Source of the DNA: Spirochaetia bacterium
GTDB taxonomy: Bacteria > Spirochaetota > Spirochaetia > SZUA-6 > Bin103
DNA: 64,000 nucleotides
Direction of reading: 5' to 3'
NCBI GenBank assembly: GCA_965203515.1
Contig: OZ241907.1
Location: 544,001 to 608,000, forward strand
A model generated the notes under the pieces. It saw only the letters and a list, made by a program, of their open reading frames with translations, was not told where the DNA came from and searched no databases. Within the stretch, counting starts at the first letter, position 1; each line of letters opens with the position of its first letter. Both the position numbers and the translations under genes were made by a program. Of this stretch, positions 33,170 to 43,901 are shown piece after piece.

Positions 33170-34297
33170 ATGAAGGCCGGGAGGCGCCGTCTGTTCACGC
33201 CGGGGACCGGCGCCGCTCCGCCGGCGCTGACCGGTCGCGAGCGGGAACAGGGGGTCCTCAGGGAGTGCCTGGCCGACCTGCTCGGCGGCCGGGCTCCGCC
33301 GCACGACGCCGTCCTGACGGGGCCGCGCGGCAACGGCAAGACGGTGCTGCTCAACTGGTTCGAGGGCGCCTGCCGCGAAGCCGGCCGGCTGGCGATCGTG
33401 CGGCTGTCGCCAAGCCGGACTCGAACCGGGCCGGCGCTCGTCGACGTGCTGTTGCCGGCGTCACCGATCAGGAAGCTCCTGCCCAGGAAGCTAGGCGTCA
33501 CGGGAGTCGGCCAGGCGGAGTGGGCGGCGCCGGCTCCGTCGGTGCAGGACCTGACCGCGCGGCTGATCGCCCGGTGCCGCGCGAGCCCCCTGGTCGTCCT
33601 GGTCGACGAAGCCCACACGCTCGATCGCGGCGTCGGCCAACTGCTGTTGAACGTCAGCCAGGAGGTCCGCGCCGACGCGCCGTTCCTGATGGTGCTTGCC
33701 GGCACACCGGGCATGCCCGCCCATCTCGGCGCCATGGATGCTTCGTTTTGGAGCCGCTTGGGCAAGGGGCGCCTGGGCATCGGACTGCTGAGCGACGCCG
33801 CGGCCCGCGCGGCGCTGGCCGAGCCGCTGGCCGAGCACGGCGTGGGCATCGACGCCGCGGCCCTCGACGCCGTCGTGGAGGACAGCCAGCGCTATCCCTA
33901 CTTCGTGCAGCTCTGGGGCGAGGCGCTGTGGGATCGTCACTTGGCCGCCGGCGCGACTCGGCTGACCGCCGCTCACGCGGACGCGGCGAGGCCGGAGGTA
34001 ACGGCCCGGGTTACCGACTACTACCAGGACCGGTATCGAGAGATGGAGACCCGCGGCCTGCTGCCGGCGGCGGCAGCGACGGCGCGGCTGTTTCGGAACG
34101 CCGCGGCCGCGTCCGACAGCGCGCTCGACGCCGCCCTTGCCGAGACCGGCGCGGACGCCGCAGGCCGGCTGGCGGCGCGCGAGGAGCTGAACCTGCTCGG
34201 CTACGTCTGGAGCCCGCCGGGCCAACTGCCGCCGGTCGTCTGGGTCCCCGGCATCCCGTCGCTGATGGCGTATCTGCTCGACCGCGCTCCATCCTGA
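33170..34297 (+). CDS. AAA/P-loop ATPase; alternative start 33161
   Basis: FTPGTGAAPPALTGRE, GPRGNGKT, VLVDEAH, YPYFVQLWG. Confidence 0.8.
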   Translation: MKAGRRRLFTPGTGAAPPALTGREREQGVLRECLADLLGGRAPPHDAVLTGPRGNGKTVLLNWFEGACREAGRLAIVRLSPSRTRTGPALVDVLLPASPIRKLLPRKLGVTGVGQAEWAAPAPSVQDLTARLIARCRASPLVVLVDEAHTLDRGVGQLLLNVSQEVRADAPFLMVLAGTPGMPAHLGAMDASFWSRLGKGRLGIGLLSDAAARAALAEPLAEHGVGIDAAALDAVVEDSQRYPYFVQLWGEALWDRHLAAGATRLTAAHADAARPEVTARVTDYYQDRYREMETRGLLPAAAATARLFRNAAAASDSALDAALAETGADAAGRLAAREELNLLGYVWSPPGQLPPVVWVPGIPSLMAYLLDRAPS

Positions 34298-34339
34298 TTG
34301 CGGCGGCGCTCCGCCCGGCGGCTTGAGCGGCCGGCCGAC

Positions 34340-35788
34340 TCAGCGGAACTGAAAGGCGTAGAGCTTGGCGGAGCGCATGCGGAAGTGGAGGCGGATCGGC
34401 CGGCCGGCGTGGGCGCCGAGCGAGGGCGAGCCTTCCCAGCGCACGACGTGGCGCACGTCGTTGGCGGTCACGCGGCGGCAGCGCGCGAGCTCGAAGCCGG
34501 CCAGCGGCCGGCCCGACCGGTCCTGCGCCTCCACCTGCGCCTGCCCCATGGCGGCCACGTCGACGTTCAGTTCCAGACGCTCGCCGGCGAAGCGGAGCGG
34601 CGGCGTGGTGAGCGTGCCGCCCGCGTAGGGAAAGTCGGCCGACACGAAGCCGTCCAGGCGCTGCTCGACCAGCCCGATGCCGTTGCCGTAGGCGCGCCGG
34701 CGCCGCTCTCCTTCGCTCAGGGCGCGGAACCCGCCGTGCGTCCACGGACTGCCGGTGTACATCTGCAGGAGCCGGTCGCCGCGGCGCAGGTGGGCGGGCG
34801 CGGCGTGGACCGTGCCGCCGTCGAACGAGCCGGGCAGGCCGCGGCCGACGTAGGGCCGGCGGTCGTAGCGCATCCAGTGGATGCTGTCGCGGCTGGCGGC
34901 GAACTGCGCGTCGTTGAGCCCGTCGTTGCGCACGGTGGTCTGGCCCGCGCCGAAGTGCTGGTAGGTCATCGGGAACATGAAGTAGGCGGCATCCGCCTCG
35001 AGGTAGGGCAGCACGTCGTGGTGGTAGAGGTCGGAGTCGGGCGGATCGAGCTCATCGGCGGCAAGCACGGTGCGGATGTTCGCTTCCGGCCACGGCGCGG
35101 TCAGGTCGTCGACTTCCAGGCGGCCGATCGACCGGCCGGGGCGCAACAGCCGCGGGGCGGCCACCGTCGGGTCGGCGACCGGTTCCGCGAAGGGGAACAT
35201 CGGCTCGCCGTCGTCGGCGACGATGAGCTTCAGCCACACCACGTAGCGGCCGATCCGCTCGTCCCAGTACGCCTGCTTGGGCGTGTCCGGCGTCAGGGTG
35301 CTCACCAGCCGGTCCGGCAGGTCCCAGACCAGCCCGTCCGCCGAGGAGCCGACGCGGATCCCCTCGCCAAGCACCTGCTCCACCATCTTGAAGCGGCCGG
35401 CCTCGCCGCCGTGCGGATCGATGAAGATATAGGGGAGTTTGCAGTCGGCCAGCACGATGTTGTTGCGCCTCGACCCTTCGTATTCGACCAGGCCGAGCTC
35501 CGGCTTATGCCAGGTGCGGGCGTCGTCCGAGGTCGCGTAGCAGAGGTGCCACCGGCCGCCGGACCACTGGTCCGAGTCGGACGCCGCGTACCAGAGCCTG
35601 TACCGCCCGTCGTCCTGAAGCACGCAACTCCAGCCGATGGAGAACGCCTCCCACGGATGTTCGGAGCGCAGCACCGGTCCCGGCAGCTTGACCGGCGGGT
35701 TGACGGTCAGCTCGACGTCGGCGGCCGAGTCGATGAAGCGGTGGTCGATGAAGAGCTGTTTGCGGTCGGCGGCTTCCAGCATGCTCAT
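34340..35788 (-). CDS. Hypothetical beta-propeller glycosidase-like protein
   Basis: KQLFIDHRFI, YRLWY, ATSDD..WHKPELGL, SRDSIHW, RLDGFVS, LYAFQF. Related to the 42324 and 43865 genes. Confidence 0.65.
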   Translation of the reverse strand: MSMLEAADRKQLFIDHRFIDSAADVELTVNPPVKLPGPVLRSEHPWEAFSIGWSCVLQDDGRYRLWYAASDSDQWSGGRWHLCYATSDDARTWHKPELGLVEYEGSRRNNIVLADCKLPYIFIDPHGGEAGRFKMVEQVLGEGIRVGSSADGLVWDLPDRLVSTLTPDTPKQAYWDERIGRYVVWLKLIVADDGEPMFPFAEPVADPTVAAPRLLRPGRSIGRLEVDDLTAPWPEANIRTVLAADELDPPDSDLYHHDVLPYLEADAAYFMFPMTYQHFGAGQTTVRNDGLNDAQFAASRDSIHWMRYDRRPYVGRGLPGSFDGGTVHAAPAHLRRGDRLLQMYTGSPWTHGGFRALSEGERRRRAYGNGIGLVEQRLDGFVSADFPYAGGTLTTPPLRFAGERLELNVDVAAMGQAQVEAQDRSGRPLAGFELARCRRVTANDVRHVVRWEGSPSLGAHAGRPIRLHFRMRSAKLYAFQFR

Positions 35789-35790
35789 CC

Positions 35791-36813
35791 TCACTCCGGG
35801 GCCGCGGTGAACATGTCCTGACTGGCGAACAGCGCGGCGGTGCCGCCGGTGTGGAGGAACACGACGGTCTGGCCGGCCGTCAACTCGCCGCCGCGGATCA
35901 TGCCGATCAGGCCGGCCATCGCCTTGCCGGTGTAGACCGGGTCCAGGACGATCCCCTGCATCCGCGCGACGACCGTGACCGCTTCCAGCATGTCCGCCGA
36001 CGGCAGGGAGTAGCCGGGGCCAAGCCACTCGTCCCGGCAGGTGATCCGGCCCGGCGCGACCGCGGCGTCGACCTCCAGGAATGCCAGGATCGCCTCGGTC
36101 AGCGCCGTGACGCTCGACTCCTGCTCGGCCCGCGGCCGGCTCACGCTGATGCCGGTGACCTCGACGTCCGAGCCGGCGGCGATCAGTCCGGCCACCAGCC
36201 CGGCGTGGGTGCCGCCGCTGCCGGACGCGCAGACGATCCGGTCCGCCCCCAGCCCGATCCGGTCGAGCTGGGCCAGCAGCTCGGCTGCGCACGACGCGTA
36301 GCCGCAACCGCCCAGCGGATTGGAGCCTCCGACCGGAATCACGCAGGGGGCGCGTCCCTCCGCGCGGGCGGCGGCTGCCGCGCGGCGCAGTCCGCCGGCG
36401 GTGTCACCCCGTCGCACGACGTCGATGCGCTCGGCTCCCAGCAGCCGGTACAGGAAGTTGTTGCCTCCGGCCTGTGGGTCGTAGGTGCCGGGGACGCGCT
36501 CCTCCAGCACCAGCCGGCAGGCGAGCCCTTCGCGGTTGGCGGCCGCCAGGGTCAGCAGGCAGTGATTGGACTGCAGGGCGCCGGCGGTGATCAGGGTGTC
36601 GGCCCCCTGCGCCAGGGCGTCCGCCACCAGGTAGGTCAGCTTGCGGACCTTGTTGCCGCCCATCGCCAGCGGCAGCGTGTCGTCGCGCTTGATCAGCAGG
36701 TCCGGGCCGCCGAGCGACTCGGCGAGCCGCTCCATCGGCTGCAGCGGCGACGGACCGGGCAGATAGGGCCGTTGCGGCAGGGCTTGCAGACGTTCGATGC
36801 CGGAGGTGCTCAT
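35791..36813 (-). CDS. D-cysteine desulfhydrase (PLP enzyme)
   Basis: IKRDD, GGNKVRKL, QSNH, SGSGGTHAG, LDPVYTGK, FLHTGG. Confidence 0.9.
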   Translation of the reverse strand: MSTSGIERLQALPQRPYLPGPSPLQPMERLAESLGGPDLLIKRDDTLPLAMGGNKVRKLTYLVADALAQGADTLITAGALQSNHCLLTLAAANREGLACRLVLEERVPGTYDPQAGGNNFLYRLLGAERIDVVRRGDTAGGLRRAAAAARAEGRAPCVIPVGGSNPLGGCGYASCAAELLAQLDRIGLGADRIVCASGSGGTHAGLVAGLIAAGSDVEVTGISVSRPRAEQESSVTALTEAILAFLEVDAAVAPGRITCRDEWLGPGYSLPSADMLEAVTVVARMQGIVLDPVYTGKAMAGLIGMIRGGELTAGQTVVFLHTGGTAALFASQDMFTAAPE

Positions 36814-36893
36814 CGCCCGAGGGACCGGCGGCCATTATAGCGTGGCCGCGCTGAGCGGGTGCGGGCGCGTCGCCGCGGTGCGCGCGGATCGCC

Positions 36894-38441
36894 TCAGACG
36901 TAGGCGATCACCAGCTCGATCCCTTCGATGCGCAGGCGGTCCTGACCGGGTCGATCGAGCGCCACCTCGATCCGGTTCTCTCCCTGCACGACCGGAACGT
37001 CGCGGCAGGTCACGGTCGTCGAGGCCGGCAGCTCGATCCGGTGGCCGGCGTCCAGTCGGCGGCCGTTCAGCGACACCGATGCCTGCGCCCGGGCCGGGTC
37101 GTACCGCCGGCAGGTGACCCGCAGCCACGTGTCGTCGACGGCGCGGTCGCGCCGCGCGGCGTCGACGTCGTCCCCGACCACGATCGAGAACTCCCGGCTC
37201 GCGCCGGCGCCGGCGAGCTCGCAGGGCAGGGGCATCTCGCCGCCCTGCTCGGGGGTGTTGAGCTGCATGTCGACGCTCACCGTGTACCGCTTGTTCTTGC
37301 GGGCGATCCGCCGCGGGTCGTGGACCTCTCGCAGGAACTGGAGCTCGTCGGGGGTGTACCCTTCGCTGCCCCGTTTCGGCAGCCGGTGGCAGTCGTAGTT
37401 GAACAGGTAGATGCAGCTCGCCCCCTGGTACCGGAAGCTCGACGCGGCGGCGTACAGCATGTCGTTGCCGGCGTAGCCATACGCCTTGGCGGCGCGCTCC
37501 AGGCCGCCGCCGATCCGGCACGAGGTCCCCTTGGCCAGCTCCGCGAACGCGGCGATCTCGGCCCCCATGTCGAGGTAGGCGTTGTCCATGGGGATGAACA
37601 GGTCGGCCAACTCCTCCCGTATCCAGGCCGGTACGTCCAGCCCGGTGTTCAGGCAGCGCTCGCGCGTGGGCGGAACCCGCAGCATCAGCGTGAACGGCCG
37701 ACCCTTCCGCTTCGCGATCTCGGCGGTGCCGGCCCGGACCTTGCGCATGAAGTCGGTCATCAGCGGCCGGCCGGCGGCCTCCGCTCCCTGCTTGAAGTAC
37801 CAGCGCCCGCGCTGGAAGTCCATCTCGAAGCCGTCCACGTCGTAGCGCTCGCAGGTCTCCAGGATCAGACCGAGCTTGCGCTCGCGCACCGCCTCGTGGG
37901 CGAAGTCGAAGGCCCACGTGAAGTCGTCCTGTCGGTAGCCGGGATAGCCGGACACCTGCGGATAGGGCGACCCGATCAGCAGCTCCCGATGCTCCTGCTT
38001 GAAGGTGCTGCGCAGGGCGCTCCAGCGGGCGGTATCGTCTTCGTGGATGTCGTTCATCCGCAGGGCGGGCCAGAACTGCAGCCCGCGCGCGTGCGCCCGC
38101 TCAGAGAGCAGCTCGATGATGTCGACGCCCCGGTCGAGGAGCGCCCTGGTGCTCTCGGCCATCCCGCGCACGTATGCCAGCCCCTCCGCCTGCGGCCACT
38201 CGGTGACGTTGGAGCCGTACACCTCGCCGAACGCGGTGCGGTGCGAGAAGGTCTCGTCGCCGCGGCCCATCGAGTTGGTGAAGACGTCGACCTCGGTGCC
38301 GGCGATCTCCTCGATGTCCCGGCACGCCTGCTCCGGCGTGATCGGCGGCTCGTAGGCGATGTAGGTGGTCGAGTCGCCGTCCGAATTGAAGATCAGGCGA
38401 GGAAGTCTCCGCGTTCGCTCGGCGTCGCCCCGGTCGCTCAT
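36894..38441 (-). CDS. GHL10-like TIM-barrel protein
   Basis: AGGAG RBS; LIFNSDG, LRMNDIH, FDFAHEAVR, YDVDGFEMDF. Confidence 0.65.
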   Translation of the reverse strand: MSDRGDAERTRRLPRLIFNSDGDSTTYIAYEPPITPEQACRDIEEIAGTEVDVFTNSMGRGDETFSHRTAFGEVYGSNVTEWPQAEGLAYVRGMAESTRALLDRGVDIIELLSERAHARGLQFWPALRMNDIHEDDTARWSALRSTFKQEHRELLIGSPYPQVSGYPGYRQDDFTWAFDFAHEAVRERKLGLILETCERYDVDGFEMDFQRGRWYFKQGAEAAGRPLMTDFMRKVRAGTAEIAKRKGRPFTLMLRVPPTRERCLNTGLDVPAWIREELADLFIPMDNAYLDMGAEIAAFAELAKGTSCRIGGGLERAAKAYGYAGNDMLYAAASSFRYQGASCIYLFNYDCHRLPKRGSEGYTPDELQFLREVHDPRRIARKNKRYTVSVDMQLNTPEQGGEMPLPCELAGAGASREFSIVVGDDVDAARRDRAVDDTWLRVTCRRYDPARAQASVSLNGRRLDAGHRIELPASTTVTCRDVPVVQGENRIEVALDRPGQDRLRIEGIELVIAYV

Positions 38442-38512
38442 GGTCACCGCTCCTATGCATGCAGCATACCCGCCTTTCCGGCGGTTCGGGAATGACCGGC
38501 CAGCAGCGCGGT

Positions 38513-38541
38513 TTGACATCGACGGAGCGCCGCCCGATGAT
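38513..38541 (+). promoter_or_regulatory. sigma70-type promoter of the ABC permease operon
   Basis: TTGACA-17 bp-GATGAT, ending 7 nt before GTG 38549. Confidence 0.5.
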
Positions 38542-38548
38542 CGGGGTC

Positions 38549-39517
38549 GTGAACAAGCCGTCGACCGCGACGGCCCCCGGCGCCATCGACGCGGCCGTCA
38601 GACAGACGCTGCGGAGGCAGACCCGATCCCGCATCGTCCGCATGAGAGAGCTCTATCTGCTCTTTCTGATTCCGCTGGCGCTGCTGGCGATCTTCAAGTA
38701 CGTCCCCATGGTCGGCGTGATCGTCGCGTTCAAGGACTACAGCCCCCGAGCCGGCATACTGGGCAGCCCCTGGAACGACTTCGAGCACTTCCGGTTCCTC
38801 TTCTCCACGCCGCAGTTCCTGGAGCTGATCGTCAACACCTTCCGCATCAGTCTCCTCAAGTTCGCGTTCGGGTTCCCGGCGCCGATCGCCTTCGCGCTGA
38901 TCCTCAACGAGCTGACCAACCGCCGCTACAAGCGCGTGGTGCAGAGCATCTCCTACCTGCCCCATTTCCTGTCGTGGGTGGTGTTGGGGGCGATCTTCAA
39001 GGTGCTGTTCTCGGTGGAGCGGGGGCCGATCAACGCGGTGATACAGGCGCTGGGCGGCGAGCCGATCTACTTCCTGGCCGAGCCGGACTGGTTCCTGTTC
39101 AGCGTGGTCATCACCCACGTCTGGAAGAGCATCGGCTGGGGCAGCATCATCTTCCTGGCGTCGATCACCTCCATCGATCCGGGGCTGTACGACGCCGCCG
39201 ACGTGGACGGCGCGAACCGCCTGCAGAAGGCCCTGCACGTGACGCTGCCGGCGATGGTGCCGGTGATCACGATCATGCTCATCCTCACCGTGCAGAACCT
39301 GAATCAGGCCGGCTTCGACCAGATCTACCACCTCTACAATCCGCTGGTATTCAGCGTCGCCGACATCTTCGAGACCTACGTGTACCGCGTCGGGCTGGTC
39401 GACCGGCAATACGACTTCGGCATCGCCGTGCACCTGTTCCAGAACGCGGTGGCGGTCCTGTTCGTGTTGATCGCCAACACGCTGGCGCGGCGCTACAGCG
39501 AGTACGCGCTGTGGTAG
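38549..39517 (+). CDS. Carbohydrate ABC transporter permease (LplB-like); start uncertain
   Basis: YVPMVGVIVAFKDY, SYLPHFLSWVV, GWGSII, LYDAADVDGA. Confidence 0.9.
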   Translation: MNKPSTATAPGAIDAAVRQTLRRQTRSRIVRMRELYLLFLIPLALLAIFKYVPMVGVIVAFKDYSPRAGILGSPWNDFEHFRFLFSTPQFLELIVNTFRISLLKFAFGFPAPIAFALILNELTNRRYKRVVQSISYLPHFLSWVVLGAIFKVLFSVERGPINAVIQALGGEPIYFLAEPDWFLFSVVITHVWKSIGWGSIIFLASITSIDPGLYDAADVDGANRLQKALHVTLPAMVPVITIMLILTVQNLNQAGFDQIYHLYNPLVFSVADIFETYVYRVGLVDRQYDFGIAVHLFQNAVAVLFVLIANTLARRYSEYALW

Positions 39518-39530
39518 CAAGGCCGGCGCC

Positions 39531-40421
39531 ATGACCATGCGGCGGGGGATCGGCAGCCACGCCTTCGACGGCGTCAACGCGCTGTGCATGGCCGCGTTTT
39601 GCCTCACCGTGCTGTACCCGTTCTGGAACCTGATCCTGGTGTCGCTGGAGGGCATCGGCGAGGTCAAGGCGCTCCGCTTCAAGCTGACCAACGCTACCTG
39701 GTCGGCATCGGCGTATCGCTACCTGCTGTTCGACTCGCTGGTGCTGCGATCCTATCGGAACACGATCCTGCGCACGGTGGTGGGGACCGCCATGGGCGTG
39801 TTCGTCTGTTCGCTGGCCGCCTATACGGTCTCCAAGCGGGAGCTGCCCGGCCGCGGCCTGCTGATGGCGATCCTGATCGTCACGCTCTTCTTTTCGGGCG
39901 GGTTCATCCCGACGTTTCTGCTGATCAGGAACCTCGGGCTGTTCAACACGTTCTGGGCGCTGGTGCTGCCGGGCCTGGTGAACGCCTTCAACGTCATCAT
40001 CATCCGCAACTTCTTCATGGCGATCGACCGGGGAGTGGAGGAATCGGCGCTGATGGACGGCGCCAGCTACCTGCGCATCCTGGTGTCGATCGTCATGCCG
40101 CTGAGCATGCCGGTGCTGGCGACGGTCACGCTCTGGACCGCCGTGAGCATCTGGAACGAATGGTTCGAGGCGCTGATCTTCGTGTCCGGCAACGACTGGA
40201 TCGTGCTGCAGGAGTTCATCCGCCGCATGATGGAGGAGGTCTTCGACAAGCGGGAACGGGCCGTCATCGACCGTTTCAACGACGAGTTCGGCCGGCGGAT
40301 ACAGCGGGACAACGTACAGGCGGCCGTGATCATCATCACCATCGGGCCGATCGTGCTGCTCTATCCGTTCCTGCAGCGCTACTTCGTGCGCGGCATCATG
40401 GTCGGCTCGCTGAAGGCGTAG
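39531..40421 (+). CDS. Carbohydrate ABC transporter permease (LplC-like)
   Basis: FSGGFIPTF, EESALMDGA, YPFLQRYFVRGIMVGSLK. Confidence 0.9.
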   Translation: MTMRRGIGSHAFDGVNALCMAAFCLTVLYPFWNLILVSLEGIGEVKALRFKLTNATWSASAYRYLLFDSLVLRSYRNTILRTVVGTAMGVFVCSLAAYTVSKRELPGRGLLMAILIVTLFFSGGFIPTFLLIRNLGLFNTFWALVLPGLVNAFNVIIIRNFFMAIDRGVEESALMDGASYLRILVSIVMPLSMPVLATVTLWTAVSIWNEWFEALIFVSGNDWIVLQEFIRRMMEEVFDKRERAVIDRFNDEFGRRIQRDNVQAAVIIITIGPIVLLYPFLQRYFVRGIMVGSLKA

Positions 40422-40465
40422 CCGTCTCCCAACCGAATACCGAATATCCGAAACTTCCGGGCAGG

Positions 40466-40495
40466 AAAAAGGCAGGGCCCTGCTCGAGCCCTGCC
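40466..40495 (-). terminator. Rho-independent terminator for the solute-binding protein gene
   Basis: Plus strand AAAAA-GGCAGGGC-loop-GCCCTGCC, i.e. a hairpin followed by a U tract on the minus strand. Confidence 0.7.
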
Positions 40496-40521
40496 TGAAA
40501 TCGCCGTTGCCGGCCGAAGGC

Positions 40522-42201
40522 TCAGTATTCGAGCCGGCCGTCGAGGTACGCGTCGACCAGCGGAGCCTTGCCGTACTCCCGCAGGTACCGGCTCATGCCG
40601 TTCCGTTCGAGGTCGGCCAGGTAGTCGTCCCAGGATTCGTCGATGTCGAGGTCGCCCAGGATGAACTCGGCCGTGTACTCCAGGACCGTGGAGGTGAGAC
40701 CGGAGTTGTAGCGCTTGCCCATCGTGACGATGTCGGTCTCATTGAGGAAGTCGTAGCGGTACTGGTGGACGTAGTGGTCCAGGTAGCCGTCCTTCGCCAA
40801 CAGATCGTTCTCCACCTGCTCGTACGGCTGGCCCAGCTTGCGGATGTCGTGCAGCCACGGCAGCCAGTAGCCGCCGATGAGGTTGCCGGCGTGCTTGTGC
40901 CGCTCCGCCTCGCTGATCTCGTGCGTGACGATCGGCGACTTCCAGGGTTCGCCCGACCAGTCGTAGTTCACGCCCTCGACGCCGTACCAGTTGCGCAGGA
41001 AGCCCTCCCGGGTGGAGTGCAGCCAGTCGAAGATGCGCATGGCGCGGTCGAACTTCTCATCGGAGAGGTCGCTCGATGCCAGCGCGGCGCGGCCCAGCGT
41101 GCCGATCCGGAACGAAGTGGGGATGACCTTCTCCAGGAGGTTCGAGGTGCCGTACAGACCGGTCGCGTGATTCCTCTCGGTCGGCATGACCACCACCTTG
41201 GCGTCGGGGTGCGCGTTCAGCATCTGGAACGGCACCTCGGTGTCGGCAGCCTCGTAGACGTAGTAGTAGTGGTACTGCATGTAGCCGAGGTGGCCGGAGT
41301 CCCACAGCTCCTTGGCGGCGGCTGCGTCCTGCGCGTCGATCACCGTCTCCTTGCTCAGGATGCCCTCCCGATGGAGCTGATTGAACCACTTGAGCGCGTC
41401 CCGGTAGGCGTCCGTGGAATAGATGAAGCGCAGATCGCCGTCTTCGGAGACGTTGATGTCGACGTTGCGCCCCTCGGTACCGTACAGCGCGCCGGCCTGG
41501 CCAAAGCTGGTGAAGGTAGCGGGGAAGTACGGGCCCATGCCGTAGGTCCGCTCGGCGCCCGAGGCGTTCTCATCCACGAACCGCTTCAGTATCCGCCGCA
41601 TCTCCTCGGTGTCGAAGCCCTCCGTGCTCCAGAAGACCCGCGGCGCGATCTCCACCAGCTCGCCGGGCGGCTCGATGCCGAGCTTCTCCAGCCAGTCCAG
41701 GCGGTAGAAGGAGACCATCATCTGCAACGGGGTGTTGTACAGCTGCGGGATGCCCATCAGCGCGTCCTCGCCCGGTACGCGCAGGAACGACCACGCGCCG
41801 GTCTCATCCATGAGCCGGGCGGTGTTTGGCATCTTTTCGCGGATATCCTCGAACGACCAGGTACGGATCATGTCGTCCTGGTACAGCTCGGCCATGTTGG
41901 CCTGCAGCACCGCGCTGAACTCCGGTATGCGGCCGGTGGCGAGCTGGGCGGCCACCGCCTCGGTGTTGCTCCAGTCCCGCAGGTCGGGCCAGATGAACGT
42001 GGTGTTGAACCGCTCCGACATCTCGTTGAGGTAGATGTTCTCGGCGGCGTTCGCCTCGTCGTTGAAGCGCATGGTCCAGCCGAGCCACTCGATTTCCAGA
42101 TGCTTGGCAAAGGGGTCCTGGCCGAACGCCACGCCGGCCGCCATGACCGTGACCAGTCCTGCCCCGACTGCGGTGAGCAACGATCTCCGTAACCGTCTCA
42201 T
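40522..42201 (-). CDS. Extracellular solute-binding protein (sugar ABC)
   Basis: GGAGGAAGG RBS; signal peptide; YRLDWLEKLG, YGVEGVNY, WDDYLADL. Confidence 0.82.
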   Translation of the reverse strand: MRRLRRSLLTAVGAGLVTVMAAGVAFGQDPFAKHLEIEWLGWTMRFNDEANAAENIYLNEMSERFNTTFIWPDLRDWSNTEAVAAQLATGRIPEFSAVLQANMAELYQDDMIRTWSFEDIREKMPNTARLMDETGAWSFLRVPGEDALMGIPQLYNTPLQMMVSFYRLDWLEKLGIEPPGELVEIAPRVFWSTEGFDTEEMRRILKRFVDENASGAERTYGMGPYFPATFTSFGQAGALYGTEGRNVDINVSEDGDLRFIYSTDAYRDALKWFNQLHREGILSKETVIDAQDAAAAKELWDSGHLGYMQYHYYYVYEAADTEVPFQMLNAHPDAKVVVMPTERNHATGLYGTSNLLEKVIPTSFRIGTLGRAALASSDLSDEKFDRAMRIFDWLHSTREGFLRNWYGVEGVNYDWSGEPWKSPIVTHEISEAERHKHAGNLIGGYWLPWLHDIRKLGQPYEQVENDLLAKDGYLDHYVHQYRYDFLNETDIVTMGKRYNSGLTSTVLEYTAEFILGDLDIDESWDDYLADLERNGMSRYLREYGKAPLVDAYLDGRLEY

Positions 42202-42323
42202 ACCCTTCCTCCTTTGGGATTATGGAAGTGCCCGCCAGTCTAGGGGCCGCCGCCGGCCGGCGCAAGCGGCGCCGTTGTCGGGAGCCGGCGAGGCGGGCAG
42301 AATGCCCGTTGCGGAGGGTGACC

Positions 42324-43901
42324 ATGCAGGATCGGCTGACCATGCAGGATCGGTATCGAGTGACGGAGGTCGGCGCCGCCACGCAGCTCCTGATCGACGA
42401 TCACGTCGTCGACGACGTATGGATGCTCCGCCGGGTCCCGGAGATGCCGGCCAAGCATCCGGGCAACCCGCTGCCGATCGCGCCCAGCCTGTACGACCCC
42501 GACGAAAAGCTGTTCAAGGCGTGGTATCCGGTGTTCCGGGAAGACCCTGAGGACGACCCCGGCAACGAGGCGCTGTACGCCCGCGCGTACGCCGTGTCGG
42601 AGGACGGCTTCGCATGGCGCAAGCCGGAGCTCGGCATCGTCGAGCACGACGGATCGAAGCGGAACAACCTCATCGACACCTCGGCGATGAAGGGCGAGTT
42701 CGGGGTGGCGCTGAAGGATCCGCACGATCCCGATCCGCGCAAGCGGTACAAGGGGACGATCAAGCGCTGGTACCACCACGTCGATCCCGACCGGCGCGGG
42801 GGAGGGCGGCTGTTCGCCGCGTACTCGGCCGACGGCATCGACTGGCGCCTGTACCCGGACGAGCGGTCGATCATCCGCGACTCCAACGACGGCAACGGCT
42901 GCTTCCTCTACGACGAACGGATCGGCCGGTACGTGAACTTCCGCCGGCCGACCATCCTGGCCGGCCCGCGCGGCCAGCGGCCCGGCGACCTGGGGTTCCC
43001 GGAGGTCGAAGGCGACGCCGGCGGGCTGCGCCGGCATCCCGAGGCGGACGACTACCTGCACCGCTACCTGCGCGCGGCGCCGTACGTCGACACGCGCGCG
43101 GCGGTCGGCGCCACCGATCACGCGCACGAAGGGATCGGCTGCAACCGCCGGATCGCCCGGGCGGAGAGCGACGACTTCGTGCACTGGACCGAGCCGGAGG
43201 TGATCATCCGCCCCGACGAGCTCGACCCGCCGCGCCTCTACGGCATCGACGTCACCGTCTGCGCGGGCGTCTATCTGGGGGTGCTGCAGGTCTTCAACAA
43301 ATGGGGGCTGAAGGGGTACCTGGGCGATCCGTCGCAGGCCGACACGATCGACGTTCAGTTGACCTTCAGCCGGGACGGCTTCCGCTGGGAACGGCTGGCC
43401 AACCGACCGGTGTTCATTCCGCGCGGCGTGATCGGTAGCTGGGACGGCGGCATGATCGCCGGCGCGCGGATGATCGAGTACGGGGACGAGGTGCGCTGCT
43501 ACTACAGCGGCCACAGCGGTTCCCACAACGTCGCGCAGCGGACCAGCGGGACCGGCCTGGCCACGCTGCCCAAGGACCGGTTCGTGGCGCGCGCGGCCGC
43601 CGACGAGTTGGGCGTGCTGATCACCAGGCCGTTCCGCCTGGAGGGCGACCGCCTGCGGATCAACGCGGACGCCTCCCGCGGGCGGATCAAGGTCGAGGTC
43701 GCCGACCCGATCGGGACGCCGCTGCCGGGACTGACGGTCGGCGACTGCCGGCCGATCGAACGGGACGGGCTGCGCCTGCCGGTGACCTGGAACGGCGGCA
43801 AGACGCTGCAGGCCGCCGCCGGACAGGTGGTGCGGCTCCGCTTCTATCTCTACGACTCGAAGCTCTATGCGTTCACGGTCGGCAGGAACCGGAAGGCGTA
43901 G
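42324..43901 (+). CDS. Hypothetical beta-propeller glycosidase-like protein
   Basis: GGAGG RBS; QLLIDDHVV, WRKPELGIVE, SRDGFRW, DRFVA, LYAF. The start region carries a near-perfect 18-bp tandem duplication (MQDRLT-MQDR). Confidence 0.65.
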   Translation: MQDRLTMQDRYRVTEVGAATQLLIDDHVVDDVWMLRRVPEMPAKHPGNPLPIAPSLYDPDEKLFKAWYPVFREDPEDDPGNEALYARAYAVSEDGFAWRKPELGIVEHDGSKRNNLIDTSAMKGEFGVALKDPHDPDPRKRYKGTIKRWYHHVDPDRRGGGRLFAAYSADGIDWRLYPDERSIIRDSNDGNGCFLYDERIGRYVNFRRPTILAGPRGQRPGDLGFPEVEGDAGGLRRHPEADDYLHRYLRAAPYVDTRAAVGATDHAHEGIGCNRRIARAESDDFVHWTEPEVIIRPDELDPPRLYGIDVTVCAGVYLGVLQVFNKWGLKGYLGDPSQADTIDVQLTFSRDGFRWERLANRPVFIPRGVIGSWDGGMIAGARMIEYGDEVRCYYSGHSGSHNVAQRTSGTGLATLPKDRFVARAAADELGVLITRPFRLEGDRLRINADASRGRIKVEVADPIGTPLPGLTVGDCRPIERDGLRLPVTWNGGKTLQAAAGQVVRLRFYLYDSKLYAFTVGRNRKA